IMG/VR virus record: IMGVR_UViG_3300027759_000001 | From: a virus | Taxonomy: Duplodnaviria > Caudoviricetes | Direction: 5' to 3' (one strand) | Length of the DNA: 64,000 bases | Part shown: positions 32,881-42,343 of the stretch, in pieces | Layout of the letters: each line of letters opens with the position of its first letter | Position numbering within the stretch: position 1 is the stretch's first letter | Program-made: the position numbers and the translations under genes | Notes under the pieces: model-generated | What the model saw: the letters and a program-made list of their open reading frames with translations, nothing else | Databases searched by the model: none | What the model was told of the DNA's origin: nothing

Positions 32881-34218
32881 ATGGAAGAAAATAAAAAAAT
32901 AGTTATAGCACAATTTTTTACCACTAACCTTAGTTATGGTAAATTTACAAAAGAAATAAATAAAAAGTATTGTGATGAAAAAGGATACATATATCATTTA
33001 GAGTCCGACAATAATAAAATAAAAACTGCATTAGAAGGTAGATCCCCAACATGGTATAAACCAAAATTTATTAATGAGGTTTTTGAGTTATATAATCCTG
33101 ATTACATTCTTTTTTTAGATGCAGATGCGATAGTATGTGATTTTAGTTATAAAGTGGAAGATTTTATTGATTCAGATTATAATATTATATGTACCGAAGA
33201 TTATGGACCTAGTAAATTAAATGCTGGTGTTTTCATAATGAAAAATTCAGATTGGACAAAACGAGTAATGAATAAATGGTGGGAGACAGGTAATAATTTA
33301 GTTGGAGGACCAAATAATGAAATGGGGTTCTATAAAACGGGATTATGGCACGATCAAACTTGTTTCGGACATTTAATGGATATTATGCCCGATTCTAAAA
33401 CAAACATTAAATTAATAACTAATAAAGTATTAAACGGTAGAGAGTATAAAAATAACGTAGATAAAAATTTTATATTTCACGCCTTCTCTTATGGTATGTT
33501 ACCAAATAGAACCATTGATAAATGTTATTACGACATCTTCAATATAGATATCCCTGATGGTGAAAAATTATCTGATATTGTAGAATATTACGATACGGAT
33601 AAACATTATGAACATAATTATTTAAGATTAATTTACGATGATTTATTTCTTCCCATACGAGAAGAAGTTAAAACTTTTGTTGAGATAGGTGTGAATCATG
33701 GAGGATCTATTTTAATGTGGAGAGATTATTTTAAAAACTCAAAAGTTTTAGGGTTAGATAATAATTTACCTTTCTGTGAAGAAAAATTAAGAGATAAAAA
33801 TTTAGATCGTATTGAATTAATTAATCTTGACCAATCAATTCCTGAAATGTTAGAAACATTTGCAAACCAATATAGTGACATTGATGTTATATTAGAAGAT
33901 GGTTCACATAGAATGCACGATCAACAAATCACATTAGCAAAATTATTTAAAACATTAAAGTCAGGGGGGATATATGTACTTGAGGACTTACATACTAGTT
34001 TAGAGGCTCCGATGCCTGAAAAGGCTTGGTGTGGGTGGGGAGACTCAACAAAAACATTAACCTTAGATATGTTAAACAATTTCATATCAACGGGCAAAAT
34101 ACAATCCGATTATTTAACGGAAGATGAGATTAATTATTTAAATGATAATATTTTATCTGTAGAGATATATCAAAATAGACCCGATTGGAGTATAACAAGT
34201 GTAATAATAAAAAAATAA
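32881..34218 (+). CDS. GT34/GMA12-MNN10-like glycosyltransferase fused to a class I SAM sugar O-methyltransferase (MycE/TylE-like)
   Basis: W.KP..I...YILFLDADA...LNAGVFI.KN..W...WHDQ, then DK...H.Y...EIGV..GGS..MWRDYF....LGLD...EDGSH...GG.YVLED. Confidence 0.7.
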   Translation: MEENKKIVIAQFFTTNLSYGKFTKEINKKYCDEKGYIYHLESDNNKIKTALEGRSPTWYKPKFINEVFELYNPDYILFLDADAIVCDFSYKVEDFIDSDYNIICTEDYGPSKLNAGVFIMKNSDWTKRVMNKWWETGNNLVGGPNNEMGFYKTGLWHDQTCFGHLMDIMPDSKTNIKLITNKVLNGREYKNNVDKNFIFHAFSYGMLPNRTIDKCYYDIFNIDIPDGEKLSDIVEYYDTDKHYEHNYLRLIYDDLFLPIREEVKTFVEIGVNHGGSILMWRDYFKNSKVLGLDNNLPFCEEKLRDKNLDRIELINLDQSIPEMLETFANQYSDIDVILEDGSHRMHDQQITLAKLFKTLKSGGIYVLEDLHTSLEAPMPEKAWCGWGDSTKTLTLDMLNNFISTGKIQSDYLTEDEINYLNDNILSVEIYQNRPDWSITSVIIKK

Positions 34219-35180
34219 TGATAGGTATAGTTCACCACACATTTCTTACAGGTAACTGGCAAGAAATATTAAATTCCCAAATAGAAAGACTTATATCTTC
34301 TGGGTTATATGACAACGCAGATATTATATGGTTTACTTGTAATTTAAATGGAAATGATGAAAATGTATTCACCGACTTTCTTAAAGATTACAATAAAATA
34401 CAAACCGAATGTCATGTTAATAATGGAGCTGAATACCCTGGTATTCATAAAGTAAAAGAATTAGGTGATAACAATGAGGACATGAAGATCCTTTATTTTC
34501 ATGGTAAAGGAGTTAGTAATACATATACAAATAACGAAACTAAAGAAGTTAATGAAGATAAAGTAAAAAATATACAATCATGGAGAGAGTGTTTGGAATA
34601 TTTTGTCATTGATAAATGGAAAGATTGTGTTGATAAATTAGACGAATATGATAATGTTGGTGTTACTTGTAATGGTGGTTGGTATTGGGGTAACTTTTGG
34701 TGGTCACAATCTAAACACATAAAAAAATGTAGACCCGTTGATTATTGGGGTAGGTGGGATTATGAAGCTTGGTTAAATTCGTATGTGGAAAATCAAACTA
34801 ATTATGAATTTTTTAAATTTACGTATAACCCATATGTTACTATTATACATGAGGATTGGTATAAAAAAATAAGAACTGAAAATGACCCAATTAAAATAAC
34901 GGTATTAAATGCATTTTATGGTACCCCTCCATTTGAAATTGATGAGGGTTATTCAAATATTCCATTAAATGTTACGGAAGATGTTAAGAGTGTAATAGAA
35001 GAAAAATTGAAGGAACAGAATAATGAAAAATTTTATTTTCCCGTTAATAACGAATCTATGGGTTGTGACCCATCACCTGGAAATAGAAAGTTTTTATTTA
35101 TTGAATTTTATTTAAGTAACAGTAATAACATTTATAAATTAGGACTTCATGAAGGGATGTTCTTTGACCAAAAATTTTAA
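34218..35180 (+). CDS. Putative glycosyltransferase (YFHGKG...GNFWW family) with a C-terminal SUEL-like lectin domain
   Basis: Start moved to ATG 34218 (TAATG overlap with the previous stop). ILYFHGKG, GNFWWS; C-terminus LNAFYG...DV...MGCDPSPG.RKFLFIEF. Confidence 0.5.
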   Translation: MIGIVHHTFLTGNWQEILNSQIERLISSGLYDNADIIWFTCNLNGNDENVFTDFLKDYNKIQTECHVNNGAEYPGIHKVKELGDNNEDMKILYFHGKGVSNTYTNNETKEVNEDKVKNIQSWRECLEYFVIDKWKDCVDKLDEYDNVGVTCNGGWYWGNFWWSQSKHIKKCRPVDYWGRWDYEAWLNSYVENQTNYEFFKFTYNPYVTIIHEDWYKKIRTENDPIKITVLNAFYGTPPFEIDEGYSNIPLNVTEDVKSVIEEKLKEQNNEKFYFPVNNESMGCDPSPGNRKFLFIEFYLSNSNNIYKLGLHEGMFFDQKF

Positions 35181-35189
35181 AAAATAATT

Positions 35190-37550
35190 ATGGAAGATTT
35201 TTTTGACAAGGTTTTACACTACTATGGTAGAAAAGGTGAAAAACTATTTATGATTAACATTGGTGCAATGGACGGTGTTTTATTTGATAGTATGAGTGGT
35301 TATGCGGATATGTATAATTCAGATGTGTTATATGTGGAACCAATGAAACCTCACTTTGACAGATTGGTTAAACATAAAGGAGGTAACCCAGCTAATAAGT
35401 TTGAGAACTCCGCAATTAGTAACTACAACGGAACTATAAACATGAAAACAATTCCAATTGAGATTGTTGATCAAGGATTAGTTCATCAAGCATTTTATGG
35501 TATGAGCGTTATTGACCCAACAAAGAATGGTATGGGTAGTGAAGGAGATAGAGAAGTTGTTGAGAAGTATGCCGTAGATGTTGAGGTTAATTGCATTACT
35601 TGGGATACGTTAGTTAAAAAACACGATATAGATTATTTTGATGTATTATCTGTAGATACGGAGGGACATGACTATACAATATTCAAACAAATTGATTTAG
35701 AAAAATTTAGACCTATTTTAATACGTTTAGAATGGTGTAATATGACAGACGAAGAAAAAACTAACATCCTTAATAAATTTACCTCATCAGGATATGTTTA
35801 TGAAATTTTGGATAATATGGATATTGATGCGGTTAGAGAAGATGTGTATGAAGAAATAAAGTCAAAATTAGAACCAAAACAAATAATTGAAACCTCAAAC
35901 TCAAAACTTACATTAGTGACAGGTCTTTGGGATATTGGAAGAGGTGACCTTCAAGAAGGGTGGTCTAGATCATTTCAACATTATTTAGATAAATTTCAAC
36001 AACTATTACAGGTTGATGTGAATATGATAATATTTGGAGATAAAGAATTAGAAGAATTTGTATTAAACAATAGAAGTAGTGAAAACACACAATTTGTAAT
36101 CAGGGATTTATCTTGGTTTAAAAATAATGATTTTTATGATAAAATACAAAAGATAAGAACTAACCCTGATTGGTATAATCAAATTGGTTGGTTAACAAAT
36201 TCTACACAAGCTAAATTAGAAATGTATAATCCTTTGGTAATGTCCAAAGTTTATCTTTTACACGATGCAAAGATTTTAGATAAGTTTGATTCAGAATATA
36301 TGTTTTGGATTGATGCTGGTTTAACAAATACAATTCATCCAGGATACTTCACTCAAGATAAAGTTTTAAATAAATTACCTCAATTGGTTAAGAATTTTCA
36401 CTTTGTTTGTTTCCCTTATGAAACAAATAGTGAAATACATGGATTTAAATATCAAGAGTTGTGTGATTTAGCGGGTAAACCTGTTAATATGGTTGCTAGA
36501 GCTGGTTTCTTTGGTGGAAAAAAAGATGTTATTTCTGAAATCAATAGTATATACTATGGATTAATGAACGATACTTTATCACAAGGGTTAATGGGAACTG
36601 AAGAGTCGTTATTTACAATTATGACCTACAAATATCCTAATTTAATAACGTATTCCGAAATAGAAAATAATGGTTTGATGGGTAAATTTTTTGAGGATTT
36701 AAAAAATATGACGGTTGAAACTAAAATTAATGATATTGGTAGTGAGATAGGATTATATGTTATTACGTTTAATTCACCAAAACAATTTGAGACTCTAATT
36801 GAGTCAATGTTAGACTACGATCCATCATTCGTAACTAAAACTAAAAAATATTTACTTAATAACTCAACAGATTTAACGACAACCGAAAGATATATTCAAC
36901 TATGTAACCAATATGGGTTTGAACATATTAAAAAAGATAATATTGGTATAACAGGTGGAAGACAATTTATTGCTGAACATTTTAATGAACAAAATAATTT
37001 AAGTCATTATTATTTTTTTGAGGATGATATGTTTTTTTATAATGGGGGAGATATAACTTGTAAAAATGGATTTGTTAGAAAAATAAAAAACATATTTGAC
37101 AACACATTAAAAATAATAAAAGAAGAAAATTTTGATTTTTTAAAGTTAAACTTTAGTGAATTTTATGGTAGTCACAATAAACAATGGGCTTGGTATAATG
37201 TTCCACAATCTTTCAGAGAATCCCATTGGGTAAACAATCCAAGATTACCCGAACATGGTTTGGATGCTAACTCACCTAATTTAGAATTTAAACACATAAA
37301 ATCTTATAATGGAATACCATATGCTACAGGTGAAATTTATTTGTGTAACTGGCCAATAGTCATGTCAAAAGAAGGTAATTACAAATGTTATCTTAAAACA
37401 AAATATGGTATGCCTTATGAACAAACTCTTATGTCCCATTGTTATCAAGAAATGGTAAAGGGTAATATAACGGGTTCTGTATTACTTTCAACACCAACTG
37501 ATCACAATAGATTTGATTTTTATGATGGTAATTTGAGAAAAGAATGTTAA
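35190..37550 (+). CDS. Three-domain enzyme: FkbM-like methyltransferase + HtrL/YibB-like glycosyltransferase + GT2-like domain
   Basis: IGAMDG...VEP...VDTEGHD; TLVTGLWDIGR...WIDAG...FFGG...GTEE; VITFNSP...FFEDDM. Confidence 0.65.
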   Translation: MEDFFDKVLHYYGRKGEKLFMINIGAMDGVLFDSMSGYADMYNSDVLYVEPMKPHFDRLVKHKGGNPANKFENSAISNYNGTINMKTIPIEIVDQGLVHQAFYGMSVIDPTKNGMGSEGDREVVEKYAVDVEVNCITWDTLVKKHDIDYFDVLSVDTEGHDYTIFKQIDLEKFRPILIRLEWCNMTDEEKTNILNKFTSSGYVYEILDNMDIDAVREDVYEEIKSKLEPKQIIETSNSKLTLVTGLWDIGRGDLQEGWSRSFQHYLDKFQQLLQVDVNMIIFGDKELEEFVLNNRSSENTQFVIRDLSWFKNNDFYDKIQKIRTNPDWYNQIGWLTNSTQAKLEMYNPLVMSKVYLLHDAKILDKFDSEYMFWIDAGLTNTIHPGYFTQDKVLNKLPQLVKNFHFVCFPYETNSEIHGFKYQELCDLAGKPVNMVARAGFFGGKKDVISEINSIYYGLMNDTLSQGLMGTEESLFTIMTYKYPNLITYSEIENNGLMGKFFEDLKNMTVETKINDIGSEIGLYVITFNSPKQFETLIESMLDYDPSFVTKTKKYLLNNSTDLTTTERYIQLCNQYGFEHIKKDNIGITGGRQFIAEHFNEQNNLSHYYFFEDDMFFYNGGDITCKNGFVRKIKNIFDNTLKIIKEENFDFLKLNFSEFYGSHNKQWAWYNVPQSFRESHWVNNPRLPEHGLDANSPNLEFKHIKSYNGIPYATGEIYLCNWPIVMSKEGNYKCYLKTKYGMPYEQTLMSHCYQEMVKGNITGSVLLSTPTDHNRFDFYDGNLRKEC

Positions 37551-37556
37551 TTGCAA

Positions 37557-37563
37557 TATTTAT
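37557..37563 (+). promoter_or_regulatory. TATTTAT motif, candidate late promoter
   Basis: 14 nt upstream of ATG 37578, directly after the GT operon. Confidence 0.45.
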
Positions 37564-37577
37564 TGTAAAATCAAATA

Positions 37578-38300
37578 ATGGAATTTTACATTAAGAAAAA
37601 TGCTACGTTACCCGTTTTAAAGATGCAAGTCGTTAAAGACGGTAGAAGTGATTATAATAAGATGATGGAAATGATTGAGGAATCTTCTATCTTCTTTTCA
37701 ATGGTAGATACTGAGACTGGAATTCCAAGAATTGTTACAAGACCCGCAGGATTTGTTGAGAAAACATTATTGGACCCAAATGCTGAGTATGAGTATTATG
37801 TTTATTATCAGTTCACATCAAATGATACAAGAAAAGTTGGTAGATATGAAGGTCAGTTCTTATTAAGAAATTCAGATGGCACATTAATTTTACCAATCAG
37901 AGAAAAACTTTATATAAACGTACAAGAAAGTTTCATTGCGGATGATCTTCCGTATGAATCTTGTTATGTTGTTGGTTTCCCTTGTTGTGCTAGTATACCT
38001 ACAACAACTACAACCACAACAACACCTTGTCCTAGTTGTAGGGCTTGTTGCCCACCAACTCCAACACCATTACCGACAACAACAACTACTACATATATAC
38101 CAATCACAACAACAACAACAATCCACAATGATTTTGTTGTTTTAGACATACCAGAAAATGATGTAAACTTTGGTTTAGTAATAACTAATTTAGTTCCTAT
38201 AGAAATACCTGAAGATGATGTAAACTTTGATTTGGTTATTACAAATTTAGTCCCTATAGAAATACCTGAAGATGATGTAAACTTTGATTTAATAATTTAA
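37578..38300 (+). CDS. BppU-like Ig-fold structural protein with Cys/Thr linker and acidic 19-aa repeats
   Basis: YIKKNATLP.L...Y.F...DT...GRYEGQF...LPI.E.LYINV; then PTTTTTTTTPC; then repeats. Confidence 0.55.
   Translation: MEFYIKKNATLPVLKMQVVKDGRSDYNKMMEMIEESSIFFSMVDTETGIPRIVTRPAGFVEKTLLDPNAEYEYYVYYQFTSNDTRKVGRYEGQFLLRNSDGTLILPIREKLYINVQESFIADDLPYESCYVVGFPCCASIPTTTTTTTTPCPSCRACCPPTPTPLPTTTTTTYIPITTTTTIHNDFVVLDIPENDVNFGLVITNLVPIEIPEDDVNFDLVITNLVPIEIPEDDVNFDLII
38148..38297 (+). repeat. 57-nt tandem repeat (about 2.6 copies) encoding IPE(D/N)DVNF(D/G)LVITNLVPIE
   Basis: Copies start at 38148, 38205 and 38262. Confidence 0.85.
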
Positions 38301-38346
38301 AATTATAAGATATTTATAAATAAAAATAAAAAGAAAAATAAAAAAA

Positions 38347-39438
38347 ATGATACAAGGAATAAGAATTACAAGTCAAAATTTATCGGGGGATACCGCTAAT
38401 GTTACTTTTAACCCACAAACGGGTGGTACAATTAATTTAGGTACACAAACAATACCTTTTAATAATATCACAAATTATCCTTATGGTACTTATGAATTAT
38501 TTGTACCTGAATTTAATTACACATATGATGTAATTGTCCCAGCCCCGCAAAATGGTCAGGATGCATATACGACAACAGTTAGAGACGTTACAATAGATGG
38601 TGGATTAAAACCATTCTCAGGAGCGGTATTATCTGAAGTATGGGGGACATATACAACTGATTATATTACAAATCAAGGAATACCATCAACATCTATTGTT
38701 TTAGCTGAAGGTATTTGTTCTGATGATGTTGACGCATCAAAAGTACCATCAAATATTGGTCAATGGCCAAATAGTATTAATTCGTTTTTAGGTCCATTTA
38801 TGTCAGGTGGATTAGCGGGATATCCATTTGTGGGTAGTGTTGGTTTTGGGGCATTTGCAAGTCACGTAGCAACAAGTGGTGCTACCGAAACAAATGCCAC
38901 TTTATTTGTTACGAGTATGCCACATATTGGTGTGACTGAAGATGGTCGTTCAGGAAGAATGTTACGTAGAGGTAAAGCTGATAGTATAACAGATAATACT
39001 TGTGGTGCAGTTTGGGGAGCAATTAACCAAGTTGTAAATGTTTTATCAGCACCTCCAAGTCAAAGTAATCCACCATTTGATAATGGTAATTATTCTTTTT
39101 GGAAGTTAACAGATATTTTATGGCCATTTAAAAACGTATTATCAGGATTTACAGGAACTAGTGAGGAAATATATAATAAACAAATGATTTTTGCGACAGA
39201 AACAATTAGAGATGCCGCATATGATTATATTATTGATGTTTTACCAAGTCAAGTGACGGGTAACACACAAAACGATGTATATTTTTTAAGTGGTATTTTT
39301 ATCAATACTGATGTTATTCCTGACAGTACATTACAATTTGAATCTTATGTTGTTGTTGATAAAGTTATGAAATATGAATTTGGTATTGGTTGGAGTGATA
39401 TTACCATTAGTTATAACACTGGATTACCAATTGACTAA
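38347..39438 (+). CDS. Adaptor domain A fused to an LCIB/LCIC-type beta-carbonic anhydrase domain
   Basis: ICSDD, F.SGGLAGYPF.G..GFGAF.SHV, PHIGV...G..G...RRG, TCGA. The Cys/His/Cys zinc ligands are all present. Confidence 0.7.
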   Translation: MIQGIRITSQNLSGDTANVTFNPQTGGTINLGTQTIPFNNITNYPYGTYELFVPEFNYTYDVIVPAPQNGQDAYTTTVRDVTIDGGLKPFSGAVLSEVWGTYTTDYITNQGIPSTSIVLAEGICSDDVDASKVPSNIGQWPNSINSFLGPFMSGGLAGYPFVGSVGFGAFASHVATSGATETNATLFVTSMPHIGVTEDGRSGRMLRRGKADSITDNTCGAVWGAINQVVNVLSAPPSQSNPPFDNGNYSFWKLTDILWPFKNVLSGFTGTSEEIYNKQMIFATETIRDAAYDYIIDVLPSQVTGNTQNDVYFLSGIFINTDVIPDSTLQFESYVVVDKVMKYEFGIGWSDITISYNTGLPID

Positions 39439-39459
39439 TTAAAAAAATTAACAAATCAG

Positions 39460-39488
39460 TTGATAAGAGTAATTTTTACTCCTATATT
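39460..39488 (+). promoter_or_regulatory. Sigma70-like promoter candidate for the DNA polymerase gene
   Basis: TTGATA-17 nt-TATATT; the -10 box overlaps a TATTTAT motif at 39485-39491. Confidence 0.4.
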
Positions 39489-39505
39489 TATTTTACGAAG
39501 GTAAA

Positions 39506-39523
39506 TGCCGACCTAATTCGGCA
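39506..39523 (+). promoter_or_regulatory. 5' UTR hairpin upstream of the DNA polymerase gene
   Basis: Perfect 6-bp stem TGCCGA/TCGGCA, loop CCTAAT, no U-tract, 28 nt before the GTG start. Confidence 0.4.
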
Positions 39524-39551
39524 GCTAATAAACCAACTAAAATAATTTATA

Positions 39552-42335
39552 GTGATATCACAAGAAGAAATAAAAAGTTTCCTAGAAGGGAACGATCCTG
39601 AGGAACATATTGTTTCCGTAGAGTTTGATTACGTATCAGACCACATTTTCAAAATTAAAGAAGTACCTGGTAAAGGTAAAATTATACAACAAGATTCGTT
39701 AATCGCGTTTGCTTGGGTTGGTGATCTACGTGGTCTTAACTTTTACGAAGGTTCCAAAGCATTGCAAAAACAGGCGATGGGTAAATATGGTATCCTCATA
39801 GAAAAACTCCGAACAGATGGTAATGAACGATTAGAAGAAGGATTAACCTTTATGGTTAAATCCATTAAAGGATATCGTTCTTTAACCCAATTCTTCCGTG
39901 ATGGTGGAATTGATCCGTGGGGTGAAAAGGCAAAAGATAAAATCCTAATGGTTTCTCCTGTGGAACAATACCTCATCTCAAAAGAGAAAAGATTGTTCAA
40001 AGGGTTTGAGGAATACAATGATATAACGAGGTTTGTATTTGACCTTGAGACGACCGCATTAGAACCAAAGGATGGTCGTATCTTTATGATTGGAATGAAA
40101 ACAAATAAAGGATTCCAAAAAGTTATTGAATGTTCAAACGAAGATGAGGAACGAGCAGGTCTTGTGGAGTTCTTCAAAACAATAGACCAACTTAAACCAT
40201 CAATCATTGCGGGGTATAACTCAGCAAACTTTGACTGGTTTTGGATATTTGAAAGATGTAAATCACTTCATTTAGATATTAAGAAGATTGCAATCTCAAT
40301 GAATGCTAAAAAGACAATATCACAAAAAGAATCAATGTTAAAGTTGGCAAATGAGGTTGAAAGATTTAATCAAGTTCAAATGTGGGGTTATAATGTAATT
40401 GATATTATTCACTCAGTTCGTAGATCACAAGCGATCAACTCAAACATTAAAGAGGCAGGTTTGAAGTATATTACCAAGTTTATTGATGCCGAAGCAAAAG
40501 ATCGTATCTATATTGACCACACAAGTATTGGTCCAATGTATGCAGAAAAGGACGAATATTGGTTAAACGTAGAAAATGGTAATTACAAAAAAGTTGGATC
40601 CGATCCAAAGGTAGATGAGATATGTGTAAGACGAGGGGATGTATATCTTAAAACAACGGGGGACGACATAGTTGAGCGTTATCTTGACGATGACCTTGAG
40701 GAAACGTTGATTGTGGATGACGAGTTCAACCAAGCAACGTTTCTATTAGCATCCTTGGTACCAACAACATATGAAAGAGCATCCACAATGGGAACGGCAA
40801 CATTATGGAAAATGGTAATGTTGGCTTGGTCATATAAATATGGTTTGGCAATACCACAGAAAAAAGAACGAAGAAGTTTTGTTGGTGGTTTATCACGTTT
40901 ACTTAAAGTAGGTTATTCTAAGGACGTTCTTAAGCTTGACTACTCGTCACTATACCCATCCATTCAGTTAGTTCACGACGTGTTCCCTGAGTGTGATATA
41001 ACGGGAGCAATGAAGGGGTTATTAACCTACTTCCGTAACTCTCGTATTATGTATAAGAACTTGGCGGCAGAATATAAAACCATAGATAAGAAGAAATCAA
41101 CATCTTTTGACCGTAAACAATTACCTATTAAGATCTTTATTAATGCGTTCTTCGGATCGTTATCAGCACCACAGGTATTTCCGTGGGGTGATATTGACAT
41201 GGGGGAACAGATTACTTGTACAGGTAGACAATACCTACGACAAATGTTAAAGTTCTTTAGTAAACGAGGATATAGTCCTTTGGTATGTGATACCGATGGT
41301 ATGAACTTCTCATTACCTGATGGTGGTGTTGATGACAGAGTTTATATAGGTAAAGGAAAAAATTGGTTGGTTAAAGAGGGTAAAGAATATCGTGGTTATG
41401 ATGCCGATGTTGCAGAGTTTAATGATATCTTTATGAAAGGTGAAATGGGACTTGATTGTGATGGTACTTGGGATTCTTGTATTAACTTGGCTCGTAAGAA
41501 CTACGCAACAATGGAACAAAATGGTAAGGTTAAATTAACGGGTAATAGTATTAAGTCTAAGAAGATGCCAAAATACATTGAGAAGTTTTTGGATAAGGGA
41601 GTTAAACAATTACTTAGAGGTGAGGGTAAAGAATTTATTGAGTGGTATTATGAGTATATCCAAAAGATATTTGACCAAAGAGTTCCGTTGGCTGAGATTG
41701 CATCTAAATCAAGAGTTAAATTAAGTGTTGAGGATTACATCAAACGTAGTAAACAAACTACTAAAGCGGGTAATCTTAATTCACGAATGGCTCATATGGA
41801 ACTTCTTATTAGAGATGGGATACAATCAAATCTTGGAGATACAATCCTTTATGTTAACAACGGAACAAAGGCATCTCATGGTGATGTTCAGAAAGTTAAT
41901 GAAAAAATGACTAAGAAGGAAAAAGATGAATACTTTGAGAAACACGGTAAAATGCCAGTACTTGGTTCACACGTAGAATTAAATTGTTATCGTATTGAAC
42001 CATCGGATTTAGAAAATAACCCCGAAATGTTAGGGGAATATAATATCCAAAGAGCAATTGCAACTTTTAACAAACGAGTTGAACCTTTGATGATTGTATT
42101 TGATGATGAGGTTAGAGATACTTTATTAGTTAAGGATCCTGAAGATAGAAGTTTCTATACATCAGACCAATGTAAATTGATTAATGGTAAACCATTTAGT
42201 CCTGGTGACCAAGATGATGTTTACGAAAACTTAATTAAAATGGAACAAGGTGAAGTAGAGTTTTGGGAATCTGTCGGTATTGATCCAAACTATATGTATG
42301 GATTGGCCGAAGAAGGTTGGGAAGAATTCGTGTGA
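39552..42335 (+). CDS. polB: Family B DNA polymerase with 3'-5' exonuclease
   Basis: ExoI FDLETT, ExoII YNSANFD, ExoIII Y..DD; Pol DYSSLYPSI, KIFINAFFG, CDTDG. GTG start. Confidence 0.95.
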   Translation: MISQEEIKSFLEGNDPEEHIVSVEFDYVSDHIFKIKEVPGKGKIIQQDSLIAFAWVGDLRGLNFYEGSKALQKQAMGKYGILIEKLRTDGNERLEEGLTFMVKSIKGYRSLTQFFRDGGIDPWGEKAKDKILMVSPVEQYLISKEKRLFKGFEEYNDITRFVFDLETTALEPKDGRIFMIGMKTNKGFQKVIECSNEDEERAGLVEFFKTIDQLKPSIIAGYNSANFDWFWIFERCKSLHLDIKKIAISMNAKKTISQKESMLKLANEVERFNQVQMWGYNVIDIIHSVRRSQAINSNIKEAGLKYITKFIDAEAKDRIYIDHTSIGPMYAEKDEYWLNVENGNYKKVGSDPKVDEICVRRGDVYLKTTGDDIVERYLDDDLEETLIVDDEFNQATFLLASLVPTTYERASTMGTATLWKMVMLAWSYKYGLAIPQKKERRSFVGGLSRLLKVGYSKDVLKLDYSSLYPSIQLVHDVFPECDITGAMKGLLTYFRNSRIMYKNLAAEYKTIDKKKSTSFDRKQLPIKIFINAFFGSLSAPQVFPWGDIDMGEQITCTGRQYLRQMLKFFSKRGYSPLVCDTDGMNFSLPDGGVDDRVYIGKGKNWLVKEGKEYRGYDADVAEFNDIFMKGEMGLDCDGTWDSCINLARKNYATMEQNGKVKLTGNSIKSKKMPKYIEKFLDKGVKQLLRGEGKEFIEWYYEYIQKIFDQRVPLAEIASKSRVKLSVEDYIKRSKQTTKAGNLNSRMAHMELLIRDGIQSNLGDTILYVNNGTKASHGDVQKVNEKMTKKEKDEYFEKHGKMPVLGSHVELNCYRIEPSDLENNPEMLGEYNIQRAIATFNKRVEPLMIVFDDEVRDTLLVKDPEDRSFYTSDQCKLINGKPFSPGDQDDVYENLIKMEQGEVEFWESVGIDPNYMYGLAEEGWEEFV

Positions 42336-42343
42336 TGAGGTGT

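Noticed and set aside
39552-42335. Intein or intron in DNA polymerase
   Set aside because: Motifs are colinear in 927 aa with no large insertion or splice-junction residues seen.
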